IMG/VR virus record: IMGVR_UViG_3300032281_000328
Span: 1 to 27,274 of that record
Source: a virus
Lineage: Duplodnaviria > Caudoviricetes
DNA length: 27,274 nucleotides
Strand: one strand, 5' to 3'
The notes under the pieces were generated by a model. It saw only the letters and a list, made by a program, of their open reading frames with translations. It was not told where the DNA came from and did not search any database. Below, piece after piece: positions 18,901-25,480 of the stretch (within the stretch, counting starts at the first letter, position 1; each line of letters begins with the position of its first letter). The position numbers and the translations under genes are program-made.

Positions 18901-21900
18901 ATTGTTTTTTCGATTGACATCGGCTTGCCTTTTCCTGCCTTTTTTTGTTCGGCAGCCATAAAGTCTTTATCTGCAATCATTGCTCCAAGAACTTCTTTTT
19001 GAATTTGAAGTTCTCTTTCATTTAGTGCACCATTAGATGTTACTTTTTGAGAAATAGATAAAATTTCTTCCTCTGTTGCAGATGACTGTTGAAGTTTTTC
19101 TAAATATACACGTCTTGCATCATTATTAGATGCAAGGGTTTGTGCCATTTCATTTTCTGCGTGTGTTGACAAATCCCATAAATCTGGATCCCATCCTTCT
19201 TGCATGCCCTTCTCAGTTGTTCCTATAGCACCAATATGGCCTCTATCTAACTGAACATTCTTCTTGTCTGGTCTTTGAAGTCTTGGCAGGTCTGGTCTTT
19301 CTTCTGCAAGCCTATCCCCAGTACGATTAGCAATTGTTTGAAGACGCTCATACTCTTCTCCTCTGCCAGCAGCATACATCTGATCTCTTACGTTTTTAGC
19401 AACTCCTGCTTCTCCTGCCGAATGCCCCACAAGTTTATCATTTGGGCCTGTTGCTCCTGCTGCTGTATTAATTTGTGCTGGAGTAAGTTCTGTACCAGTC
19501 ATTTCTTTTGTTGCAATTCTTAGTTCCTGGACAAACTCTGTAATTGTTACACGAGAGTCGTCTGCAAGTCTTGCAAAAACTTCTTTCAGTACATCTGCTC
19601 CATTTTCAACACCAAGTGTTCCATCTTGCATAGCAGTAGCAAGTCTTTCAACTTGAGCGACAACTTTATCAGACTTAGGGCTTATTGCTAAACCATAACT
19701 TTCTCCTGCAATCTGGAATCCAGTTTTTCCTGGGCTGGTTTGTCTTTTACCAGTTCCACCGTTGTACTTCATTACGGATCCGTTTTGAAGTGCTGCAACT
19801 AATTCTGGGTTTTCTTTAGCAGTCTGCTTTGTAAGAACAACTTCTCCAGGAGTTAGTAGTGCTGGTACTGTGTCTTTATTTCCACTACCTGGAACAACTC
19901 CACCTTCTGCAAACTTCTTAGGAGGTAGCCCTGCTACGGCTCCTGCTGGTCCTGGGACGGTATTAAACAGTCCTGGTGATGAACTTGCAAGGGCTCTTGC
20001 TTGGCTGGCTGCATTTCCATATGCTAGGGCTAATGCATCGACTGCACCTTTTTCAACATTAAATGTAGATAGAAGTTGCTGATGAGAAGTGTGAAGAGCA
20101 TTTGTTTCTGCAAGCAACTCAGTCTGCTGATTAGTTAGATAATCAAACCCTCCACCTAATACATTGTTTTGTCCGTTAAGTTTAGCAATTCCACCACGGA
20201 GCATTGCAAAGAACTTAATTACGTTTGCAATACCGTTAACAAGAACACCAAATGTCATGAGTGCAACTGGGGCAATGGCTCCAAGCACTCCAATCATAAT
20301 TGTTATGACCTTCTTAGTTCCATCACTAAGACCATTAAACTTTGTTAATATTTTTCCAACAAACTCAACTATTGGGGTTACTGCTTGTAAGAATGCTTTA
20401 CCTACTGGAACTAATTCATTCTTTAAATTTTCCATGGCTTTTTTGAATTTAGCCCCTGTTGAATTTTCAACTCTTGCCAATTCTCGTTCAGATAAAATTG
20501 CTAATTCTTCAATTGATGCTCCAGCAAGATCTAATGCTCTAGATGCTTGAGTTCCATCTTTTGCAACGTTCTGGAACAATGTTGACATACGGGCAAACTG
20601 GAACTTACCAAATAGTTGTTCAATAGCACGAGCACGATTGAGTGGATCTAAGGTGTCTAGTGCTCTAGCAAGTCCTACGACTGTGCCCTTTAAGTTTCCA
20701 GCATTGTTATCTACAATTCCCTTGATATTAATTCCAAGTCCTGCAAGGAACTCGCTGGTCTTCTTTGCTGGGTTAATCATGGAAGCAAGACCAGACTTAA
20801 GTGCGTTAGCACCTTCTGATGCGTTGATTCCACCTTCCTTCATTGCAGTCATAAAGAATGCTAGATCTTCAACATCTCCACCAAGTTGCTTTACAACTGG
20901 TCCAGCCTTTGGAATTGCAATCGTTAAATCTTCGATAGAAAGAACAGTCTGGTTTTCTACTGCGTTAAGAAAGTTAATTTTTTGTGCAAGTTGTTCTGAA
21001 GAAACACCAAAAGCATTTTGTAAGGAAATAGTAGTCTCAAGTGCTTGCTGTTGCTCTACTTGACCAAGTACTGAAAGTCTTGTCGCCTGGACTACTTGGG
21101 CTTCTAGAGCACTTCCCTGCATACCCATCGCTGCTGCTGTTGCAGCCATTTCCATTGTGTCCTTTACAGCAATGCCGTATTTTGTAAATTCTCTACCTAG
21201 TCTTTGTATGTCAGCAACGGCTTTGTTAGTTGCATCTCCAGAAGTAGTTATATCTCCGTAAACTCTTGTAAACTTAAGAACTGCCTCTTCCATTTCCATA
21301 AATGTCTTTGCTGCTGCAGATCCAAGAATAGAAAGTGGGATTGTCAAACCAACCATCAACTGACGTCCTGCCCACTGAGTGTTCTTACCGAAGTTTAGAA
21401 GGTTAGTTGATCCTTGTTTTAATAATTGATTTAAGAACTGTTGACGCTGTGCAGCCATCTGCACTCTTGTTGCATAGTCGGTATATCTACCGTTAGCCAT
21501 TTGTAGATGTTTTGGAACTACCTGCAAAACCTTGACAAGGTCGCCATTGGCATTACCTAGTTGAATGTATTGAGACTGAAGAAGTTTTACTCTGTCTTTA
21601 CGAGCACGGTTAATAATCTCACGCTCTTGTGCAAACATACCTTTAAAGGTTTTTGTGTTTGCCGTGGCTGCTGCTGCAGTGTACCTAAAGTACTGTCGCA
21701 TTGACAGTTGGTTTTTTTCAAGAGCCTGAGTAAAAGATCCTGTACTTGTTGCTATTTCTTTTTGACTTGCAACAAACTTTCCAGTTGCATTGATTGCTTG
21801 GATTAGTTGAGAATTAAGGCCCTTCTGGGCATTCATTGCTGCAACGTTACCCTGAGTTAGGGATTGATTAAATGTGCTTAATCCAGCCTGAAGTTTACGA

Positions 21901-21962
21901 AGAGATGCAAGGGCTGCTGTGGTATCAAAATTAATACCAATATTAGAGTTTACATCAGCCAC
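12960..21962 (-). CDS. Tape measure protein, 3000 aa
   Basis: Longest ORF, located after the tail tube and chaperone genes. TP901-family core (aa ~220-460: SIEDL...AGPV...EGANALKS...QLFGK), hydrophobic Ala/Gly stretches near aa 550-590 and 1420-1490, long coiled coils, C-terminal DTVPAMLTPGEF motif. GTG start. Confidence 0.95.
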   Translation of the reverse strand: MADVNSNIGINFDTTAALASLRKLQAGLSTFNQSLTQGNVAAMNAQKGLNSQLIQAINATGKFVASQKEIATSTGSFTQALEKNQLSMRQYFRYTAAAATANTKTFKGMFAQEREIINRARKDRVKLLQSQYIQLGNANGDLVKVLQVVPKHLQMANGRYTDYATRVQMAAQRQQFLNQLLKQGSTNLLNFGKNTQWAGRQLMVGLTIPLSILGSAAAKTFMEMEEAVLKFTRVYGDITTSGDATNKAVADIQRLGREFTKYGIAVKDTMEMAATAAAMGMQGSALEAQVVQATRLSVLGQVEQQQALETTISLQNAFGVSSEQLAQKINFLNAVENQTVLSIEDLTIAIPKAGPVVKQLGGDVEDLAFFMTAMKEGGINASEGANALKSGLASMINPAKKTSEFLAGLGINIKGIVDNNAGNLKGTVVGLARALDTLDPLNRARAIEQLFGKFQFARMSTLFQNVAKDGTQASRALDLAGASIEELAILSERELARVENSTGAKFKKAMENLKNELVPVGKAFLQAVTPIVEFVGKILTKFNGLSDGTKKVITIMIGVLGAIAPVALMTFGVLVNGIANVIKFFAMLRGGIAKLNGQNNVLGGGFDYLTNQQTELLAETNALHTSHQQLLSTFNVEKGAVDALALAYGNAASQARALASSSPGLFNTVPGPAGAVAGLPPKKFAEGGVVPGSGNKDTVPALLTPGEVVLTKQTAKENPELVAALQNGSVMKYNGGTGKRQTSPGKTGFQIAGESYGLAISPKSDKVVAQVERLATAMQDGTLGVENGADVLKEVFARLADDSRVTITEFVQELRIATKEMTGTELTPAQINTAAGATGPNDKLVGHSAGEAGVAKNVRDQMYAAGRGEEYERLQTIANRTGDRLAEERPDLPRLQRPDKKNVQLDRGHIGAIGTTEKGMQEGWDPDLWDLSTHAENEMAQTLASNNDARRVYLEKLQQSSATEEEILSISQKVTSNGALNERELQIQKEVLGAMIADKDFMAAEQKKAGKGKPMSIEKTMLATIYDAEGRAETPVPPSADTRSTEERLAAGRAKVRGRFGKNNSPEVGSDAGFVPLSDAERAARLDSLKISEDVDADLTDAEKKAETASPSRRTKRLGKDIADGLAQGLEEGTPGVKTKSSQLTDAALPSAAETQAKTDKMDLGNKAFYDDIDTPEMRDERQVLKSLDRQRRKRGAKGSVELPADKSSVKSKVRLAKKTQVQSQEIAKETENVAKSTVLVAEETDEFANVTQAAVDAQTTNTSNLITTNQLTNAANNNLGEMLPAMDKAGVAQQDLADSSANIAKTNDQIDAEKKEQLAQLKAYNAQEAARMAAENGIVPPGSQTGNEELGKNRMGSVAAYEEASTYTRDKNGQIIFDPELDADGKKQPTTLSAKQIKEKKRGMRREKVGRFSGKASGALGAATMAAGMAGAPPQVTAALGIASTASQFAPMIAGLTGPQGIVVALAAVAAGAYLFNKHLNAMAGKAAQFAKDLSATRSGLKAIGEISGKVGSSEIMDKRRSKSQYGKYDEAVKIDDIFGKQFLGSDAGKKEKQLFQQNVKDFGEDKAVSDLALKLSTAVADGVLDSDAANSIAAALAIDLKNAKLEMQVIGQMNSLIGPDGEDLKKDPMKTRIGIMAKAGQRTRDLETDIASKSGFGESSRKEVAALAALNMNNLELATMMADQVQIEYETAKKKLEAELASTTNAAKKLDLEKQISTLNAQNLKDSQFMNDNIAAQINKNAISFNKVYSNSVWGKQAMREDAYFDASKAQVESTYKGTDQEDAAKKFLNKTQALGNDTTYGKYNDKTGEYVKTGLGTQENAQKFQAKMEMLVGSKVLSPGEATSYMDLFRGKLNEMDFLLNAGIKTKGAAKTKELFGMFAGFSAGGRKQATSIITEMIMKKKDPAEFDSIMETLKSVQSMDGNTLDFEVLVKTTGLEGIEKIKKEQEDLEKVKEDAKKAGKTSLVSADGKTVDASADVSGNMKAAIDALEGNEERMAEFKKGSLEQQTEYLQKLAAQMMYEATVNDKTREADIQFLAEQQAMNEAYLQGIAIGSDAYVKILEKNVAALKLLSDSDFAVKKVEMVGTGGVTSLGADVPPVTPEGGGKKPLSFLDDLAMRIKNVRDGAFDATKPLESMLAAFSNPKIKKDMNAAFKVFDGLQQRMIDMKIPKEFRDMIAGMSAEDFNDIAKLTGKKAIFKFKKGKPKTKANIEGLTDTGKKTMKTYNEAIVGEGNVVNREAVEQVTNQEKAFKILVSEGASATEALEHVQDAALAASIAAGALGKKGSAERKQYIADLKKATDETERFALRQKMIQANEEFKLLEQMPKLGTAMKMAGFSADQMQEVLNDPALAKSLIEDLKDGKVDSKEIADYLNSIEARKMIDIQVNYNSGKYSESAQPGMDLVDEMFSVQETMLRTGADPRTTAMVDTMNANNKEIQAAEIAAKGFRREIELINREIRDIEQDIEKNYTRPIENMQEQINDYQRTLEMDPEFGDRAMEEINNQNAKMSNDSAIMANQAEKINEEYDKQAEALAKVAEVNEEITNQQKSQLDIAGALTSGDIASAARAAQEARAQSAQRFGTATADALQQSRENEIKGLRGAETGLSQKEIDEAQFQNAQTLYAMENDPRRVEIRTQIRDLEDKIYNLEEAREAKLLEIQAKEDKIFEIQKNQLQPLEDKITDLTSANELIQAGIDKLVEEITVLDKTKLEWDRIKAKIDANTLAGKDFDGVLGALLASSAAIDAKWASILAKLKEYNSTPVSVKNAQETVVNNAATAAAAVTAEKTAADAVTGATTDSAATAASKTAAATYAAAKAAGDSAGAALAAAKVIPSVLASGESGAIGAASIASQLKAAEKALAASNAIAAQANALASFRAKEARDAANANARGHVGRMKGGIIPKMFSRGGFAKGTDTVPAMLTPGEFIMSKYAVDSYGVDKMRKINNGESIGGAVYNNTYALTVNARTDANPNEIAQAVMSTIRNVEGRRVRGVSLND

Positions 21963-21980
21963 TCATTAACACCCTCTTTT

Positions 21981-22304
21981 TTATTTGATTGAGTTTAGAA
22001 GACCTGTTGCATCTGCCAGTTTCATGCCTGACGCTGCATCAATAATCTTATAGACTGTAGGAAGATCTAGATTTTCCTCAATCGCCTCTCTGTTGTCTGC
22101 TACTGCAGGCAAATACTGCTTGAATGCAATCTGTACGCAATCTAGCAGAACGTTCATTGATTTTTCGTTATCCTCTGCCACTTCCTGTAACTCATTAAAC
22201 TTCTGCATAAATGGCTTTAGTAATGAGATCTTTAGTGGTCTTACTTCAAACTTTGTTCCATCAATAAGATGTAGTTCTTCTTTGTCTTCAACTTTTGTAG
22301 ACAT
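21981..22304 (-). CDS. Tail assembly chaperone, short (G-like) form
   Basis: 107-aa acidic helical protein between the tail tube and TMP genes. SD AAGGAGG at 22315-22309. Paralogue of the N-half of the 226-aa ORF. Confidence 0.75.
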   Translation of the reverse strand: MSTKVEDKEELHLIDGTKFEVRPLKISLLKPFMQKFNELQEVAEDNEKSMNVLLDCVQIAFKQYLPAVADNREAIEENLDLPTVYKIIDAASGMKLADATGLLNSIK

Positions 22305-22329
22305 TTATCCTCCTTATAAGGTTTAGTTA

Positions 22330-22338
22330 ATTATACCA
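22330..22338 (-). promoter_or_regulatory. Extended -10 promoter upstream of short chaperone and TMP
   Basis: TGG-TATAAT in the 54-nt intergenic gap. Predicts a leader of about 19 nt containing AAGGAGG. Confidence 0.65.
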
Positions 22339-22358
22339 TAGCGCAGGCTTATTTTTGG

Positions 22359-23039
22359 CTATTCGTAAACCTCATAAGAAAGGCCCATACCAATTCCAAA
22401 ACCAGCCCTTTCTGCATTCTTACCCTGTAGAGCCATAATATCGTTTCCGTCTGTTGCCTTGCCTTTGCTAAATACCCTGGCTTTCATGTCTTCCCATTCA
22501 TTGCCTTTCTTTGACTGCTTATCTAAATCAATACCCTTCATTGCAGCAAAAAACTTTTTATCATTATATTCTAATTCTCTTTTTATTTCAAGTGTTGCAC
22601 TTAGTTCTGCCATAGATAAAGACTCTTCTAGTTCTTCATAATCTTTCCATATTCCAAGAACAAAAACCTCTGACTCCAGTTTTGCTAAATCTAAGGTCTC
22701 CCATGATGAGCCACTTTCTACTGCTTGAGATTTTACTGGCTCTTCTGATTTTTGATTAATTTTAATTCCTGCTGCTATATCTAAAACCTCATAGATTGTT
22801 GGAAGGTCTAAATTATCTTCAAGATCTTCTACCGTTTTAATATGTGGGGCATACTGCTTCATTGCTATTAAAGCACAGTCAACTAAAATAGATATTGATT
22901 CATTGTCTGTTTTTGCTTCTTTGATTGGTTCAAACTTCTCTAAAAAATCTCTTAGGTACTTTATTTTAAGGGGCCCAGCATTGATCTCTGTCCTGTCTAC
23001 AAAATAAAATTTTCTTTTTGGATATATGCTAGTTGCCAT
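22359..23039 (-). CDS. Tail assembly chaperone, long (G'-T-like in-frame fusion) form
   Basis: 226 aa. Residues 1-94 align to the 107-aa ORF, then a polar linker (NQKSEEPVKSQAVESGSS), then a distinct helical domain (WETLDLAKLESEVFVLGIWKDYEELEESLSMAEL). Confidence 0.75.
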   Translation of the reverse strand: MATSIYPKRKFYFVDRTEINAGPLKIKYLRDFLEKFEPIKEAKTDNESISILVDCALIAMKQYAPHIKTVEDLEDNLDLPTIYEVLDIAAGIKINQKSEEPVKSQAVESGSSWETLDLAKLESEVFVLGIWKDYEELEESLSMAELSATLEIKRELEYNDKKFFAAMKGIDLDKQSKKGNEWEDMKARVFSKGKATDGNDIMALQGKNAERAGFGIGMGLSYEVYE

Positions 23040-23054
23040 TATATAAGTATACCA
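23040..23054 (-). promoter_or_regulatory. Extended -10 promoter predicting a leaderless mRNA
   Basis: TGG-TATACT-TATATA-ATG. No SD. Immediately downstream of the tail tube terminator. Confidence 0.65.
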
Positions 23055-23059
23055 AACAG

Positions 23060-23094
23060 AAATGGAAAAGCCCAGACTTTCAAGGGTCTGGGCT
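23060..23094 (-). terminator. Intrinsic terminator after major tail protein
   Basis: Perfect 9-bp stem AGCCCAGAC/GTCTGGGCT (23094-23086 / 23077-23069), 8-nt loop, followed by TTTCCATTT on the minus strand. Confidence 0.8.
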
Positions 23095-23111
23095 AGTCCT
23101 ATTAAGTTATA

Positions 23112-23777
23112 TTATACGAGTGAACGATCTACGATCTTACCGTATGATGCGTCATCGTTTGGAAGAAGACGGAATGAAACTTCAAACATTGAAGCCTCGT
23201 CACGCTTTGCTGATACTGTTACGCTCTCAATTGAGAGTGCACGGTATGCAACATAGATTCTTTCCTTTGGATCTGCTGCTGAACCAGAACCTGGTCCTAC
23301 TGCTACGAGTCCACGCTCTAGTGGAACGTCACCGATATCTCCTGCAGACATTTTCATGTCTAAAAGACCTGCGACTGAATCATCTAGATCGTCTGTATCT
23401 GCTGCAATTGCTACTAGAAGATTTTCTAGTGTTGCCTCTGCAAAAGATGTATTTAGATTAACTGTCATACCTTGCTTGAACAAACGAGCAACGTCGAGAA
23501 GTTGATCTACTGCTACCTCACCAAAATCTGGTTCGAACGCTAGTTCCAAACCATTTGATGTGTAACCGATATTTGTGAACGCATTGTCTGATGTCAATGC
23601 ATCCTTATAGGATGTTGCTGATGCTGTTAATGCTGGAAGATCTGTTGCTGCTTGAGCATCAGTGATCTTTCCTGCATTAGCGCCTGATGCTACTAATCCT
23701 AGTGGACCTGCATTATGTGTAAAAAGTGCTGCTGCACCCACGATAATGTTACTACTTGAACCACGGCTGTATGCCAT
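23112..23777 (-). CDS. Major tail (tube) protein; start revised to ATG 23777
   Basis: NIIVGAAALF...IGYTSNGLELAFEPDFGEVAVDQL...VNLNTSFAEATLENL...FEVSFRLLP fits the siphophage tube pattern. SD GAGGTGA precedes ATG 23777 (MAYSRG..., 221 aa). Followed by a terminator. Confidence 0.88.
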   Translation of the reverse strand: MAYSRGSSSNIIVGAAALFTHNAGPLGLVASGANAGKITDAQAATDLPALTASATSYKDALTSDNAFTNIGYTSNGLELAFEPDFGEVAVDQLLDVARLFKQGMTVNLNTSFAEATLENLLVAIAADTDDLDDSVAGLLDMKMSAGDIGDVPLERGLVAVGPGSGSAADPKERIYVAYRALSIESVTVSAKRDEASMFEVSFRLLPNDDASYGKIVDRSLV

Positions 23778-23823
23778 ATATCTCACCTCTTTCATTTTTA
23801 TTAAAAGGGGGTTGTTTCCTCGC

Positions 23824-23836
23824 TATAATTATACTA
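23824..23836 (-). promoter_or_regulatory. -10 promoter element upstream of major tail gene
   Basis: TAG-TATAAT-TATA in the intergenic gap, with the same GTATAATTATA core as the 5770 site. No -35. Confidence 0.55.
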
Positions 23837-23844
23837 CCCGTTTA

Positions 23845-24360
23845 TTACGGGTTTACTGGGTGCCAGTCGTAGTCGATAATTATCTTATTCCCCGCATAAG
23901 TACGGGCTGTGGCAAAGTCAACAATGTCTCTGGTTTCTTCTAGTTGGTAGATCTTGAAGTTGTGAAAGAACAGTGGTAGAGAATTTGCGTCCCAGTCCCC
24001 TTCATTTGCTGCTGCCCATTCGTTTAGGTCTTTTGCTGAGTCATCCCCATTATCAAGCAGATTGCTTATCTGTTGCTGAGTAATAATCATATTCTTTTGT
24101 GCATCATCACCCACAGAATAAAAATAATACAATAGTTGCTCACACTTAATATATGGGAAAGCCTCTCTTCTCATCTTGAACATTCTGTCGTATACTCCAA
24201 AAACACCGTTGCTTTGAGGAAATGTGTTTATAAGATCATCTATCTGAGTAGGAAGTGTAGGGAAAAAATAAGTTACCCCAGAAGAACCAAAACTTGGACC
24301 TATCTTATCTGCTAGATAAGCGTTAATAATTGTTGGTGGATGATGAATTACTGCAGCCAT
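23845..24360 (-). CDS. Putative tail terminator/completion protein
   Basis: 171 aa immediately upstream of the tail tube gene. TAATG coupling. Called by synteny. Confidence 0.55.
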   Translation of the reverse strand: MAAVIHHPPTIINAYLADKIGPSFGSSGVTYFFPTLPTQIDDLINTFPQSNGVFGVYDRMFKMRREAFPYIKCEQLLYYFYSVGDDAQKNMIITQQQISNLLDNGDDSAKDLNEWAAANEGDWDANSLPLFFHNFKIYQLEETRDIVDFATARTYAGNKIIIDYDWHPVNP

Positions 24361-25034
24361 TATGCACCTACTCCTGCATTAGCAACCCATGTGTATCCAA
24401 CTGAAAGGCCTTTGCTTCTTCCTCTTGTTTTGCCTGCTCGTAAGTTCTTCTTATAAACTACTGGGTTTTCAAGATACTGGGCAACTCCGCTAGTTCTCAA
24501 AAATGATTGTGAAAAATATTTGTTAAAAAATAGATCCATAGTTTTTTCAAATCCACCCTGTGCTTCAACTCCTCCAGGATTAGTAACCTTAATTGGTTTT
24601 TTTGTAAACACCATTTCTCCGTCTTCTTCAAAAGCCAGAACATCTGAGTTCCTTGGCTTGATCAATACAGAAACCCCACTTTCAATAATTCTTGCTTTGT
24701 CATAAAATGGTGTCTTTGATCCATCTTGAATTGATTCTGATTGACGAAAAGACGATTTAAATGATAGTCCGATGTTGCTTGTTGTAAACGATATGTCGTA
24801 TAGTCTTGCAGCAGGGCTACCTGTTCGATTCCATTCATAGATGTGGTGTAGCATTTCTGGATTTACTCTTGCATTTGAGTCTACAAACTGCTTCATTATT
24901 TCTACTGTCTGGACTCCTAAAGATTTTAAAAATGGAGTCTTTCCTTTTTGAACGCCGTCCACAAAACCAAAAGAATACTTCATGATGTTGTTCATTTCTT
25001 TTTTAAACTTCTTAGAATTATAGACTGGTTTCAT
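24360..25034 (-). CDS. Putative neck/tail completion protein
   Basis: 224 aa, basic, with IKPRNSDVLAFEEDGEMVFTKKPIKVTNPGG, a pattern seen in neck proteins. ATGA overlap. Called by synteny. Confidence 0.55.
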   Translation of the reverse strand: MKPVYNSKKFKKEMNNIMKYSFGFVDGVQKGKTPFLKSLGVQTVEIMKQFVDSNARVNPEMLHHIYEWNRTGSPAARLYDISFTTSNIGLSFKSSFRQSESIQDGSKTPFYDKARIIESGVSVLIKPRNSDVLAFEEDGEMVFTKKPIKVTNPGGVEAQGGFEKTMDLFFNKYFSQSFLRTSGVAQYLENPVVYKKNLRAGKTRGRSKGLSVGYTWVANAGVGA

Positions 25035-25480
25035 AGGTCACCTGATTGATTTTCTGATCTTCTAATAACTAACTTGAATGACTCTACAACTCCGAATGGT
25101 CCTACAAATGGTTCACAGGTTGCTATCTCAAAAAGAGTTGGCTTTCCAGATCGAACACCAGAGGTTTCCATATAGACAAGGTTTCCTTCTTGATCTCTTA
25201 TATCTGTTACTAAGATGTTTGTTAGTGCATTCTTATTGTCTCTTGAAGATATCCTTATGTCTGACTTTGTTCTTCCAACCAAAATAGAGTTTTGAGTAAT
25301 GTTTACATTTGGCTTTACATCTTCTTTAAATGCTGAGCCACCTGATGAAAAACTACAAGCAAAAGTTCTATCTAAAACCCATTGCTTTTTAATTGCTCCG
25401 AAGTCACCTTGTTCAACGATTGGGTGATATAGAGAAGCCTGCATTGGAAACATGAAGTCTGGAGTTTCGCAAACTGTCAT
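25031..25480 (-). CDS. Putative head-tail stopper (head closure) protein
   Basis: 149 aa, beta-rich, with QGDFGAIKKQW near the N-terminus. Follows the adaptor gene with a TAATG overlap. Confidence 0.55.
   Translation of the reverse strand: MTVCETPDFMFPMQASLYHPIVEQGDFGAIKKQWVLDRTFACSFSSGGSAFKEDVKPNVNITQNSILVGRTKSDIRISSRDNKNALTNILVTDIRDQEGNLVYMETSGVRSGKPTLFEIATCEPFVGPFGVVESFKLVIRRSENQSGDL

Noticed and set aside
14030-18976. Alternative-frame minus-strand ORFs inside the TMP (79, 66, 106 and 60 aa)
   Set aside because: They are Q/K/L-rich off-frame readings of GCA/GAA repeats, with no independent evidence.
19413-19427. LVGHSAG in the TMP (aa 844-850) resembles the GxSxG nucleophile elbow of alpha/beta hydrolases
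   Set aside because: The surrounding sequence lacks the alternating beta/alpha pattern and an obvious oxyanion or Asp/His partner, and it is only 60 aa from the DRGH motif. Probably chance, but worth checking when the region is modelled.
12952-21398. Many plus-strand ORFs of 60-178 aa opposite the TMP, and others opposite remaining genes
   Set aside because: They are antisense shadows of codon-biased minus-strand genes (GCA/GAA/AAA codons give Ala/Ser/Phe/Leu-rich reverse frames), with no recognisable domains and no start signals that I noticed.
21962-22010. Possible frameshift or read-through from the short chaperone into the TMP
   Set aside because: No slippery heptamer before the stop. 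Both shifted frames end within about 14 codons, and the zero frame has two more stops before the GTG.
23033-23461. 142-aa and 64-aa plus-strand ORFs across the tail tube terminator
   Set aside because: They are antisense to a confident gene and cross a terminator and promoter. The translations are not protein-like.
23783-23811. Possible SD-sequestering hairpin (CCCCTTTT / GAAAGAGG) in the tail tube leader
   Set aside because: Short, with a mismatch, a G-U pair and a 9-nt loop. Too weak to claim.
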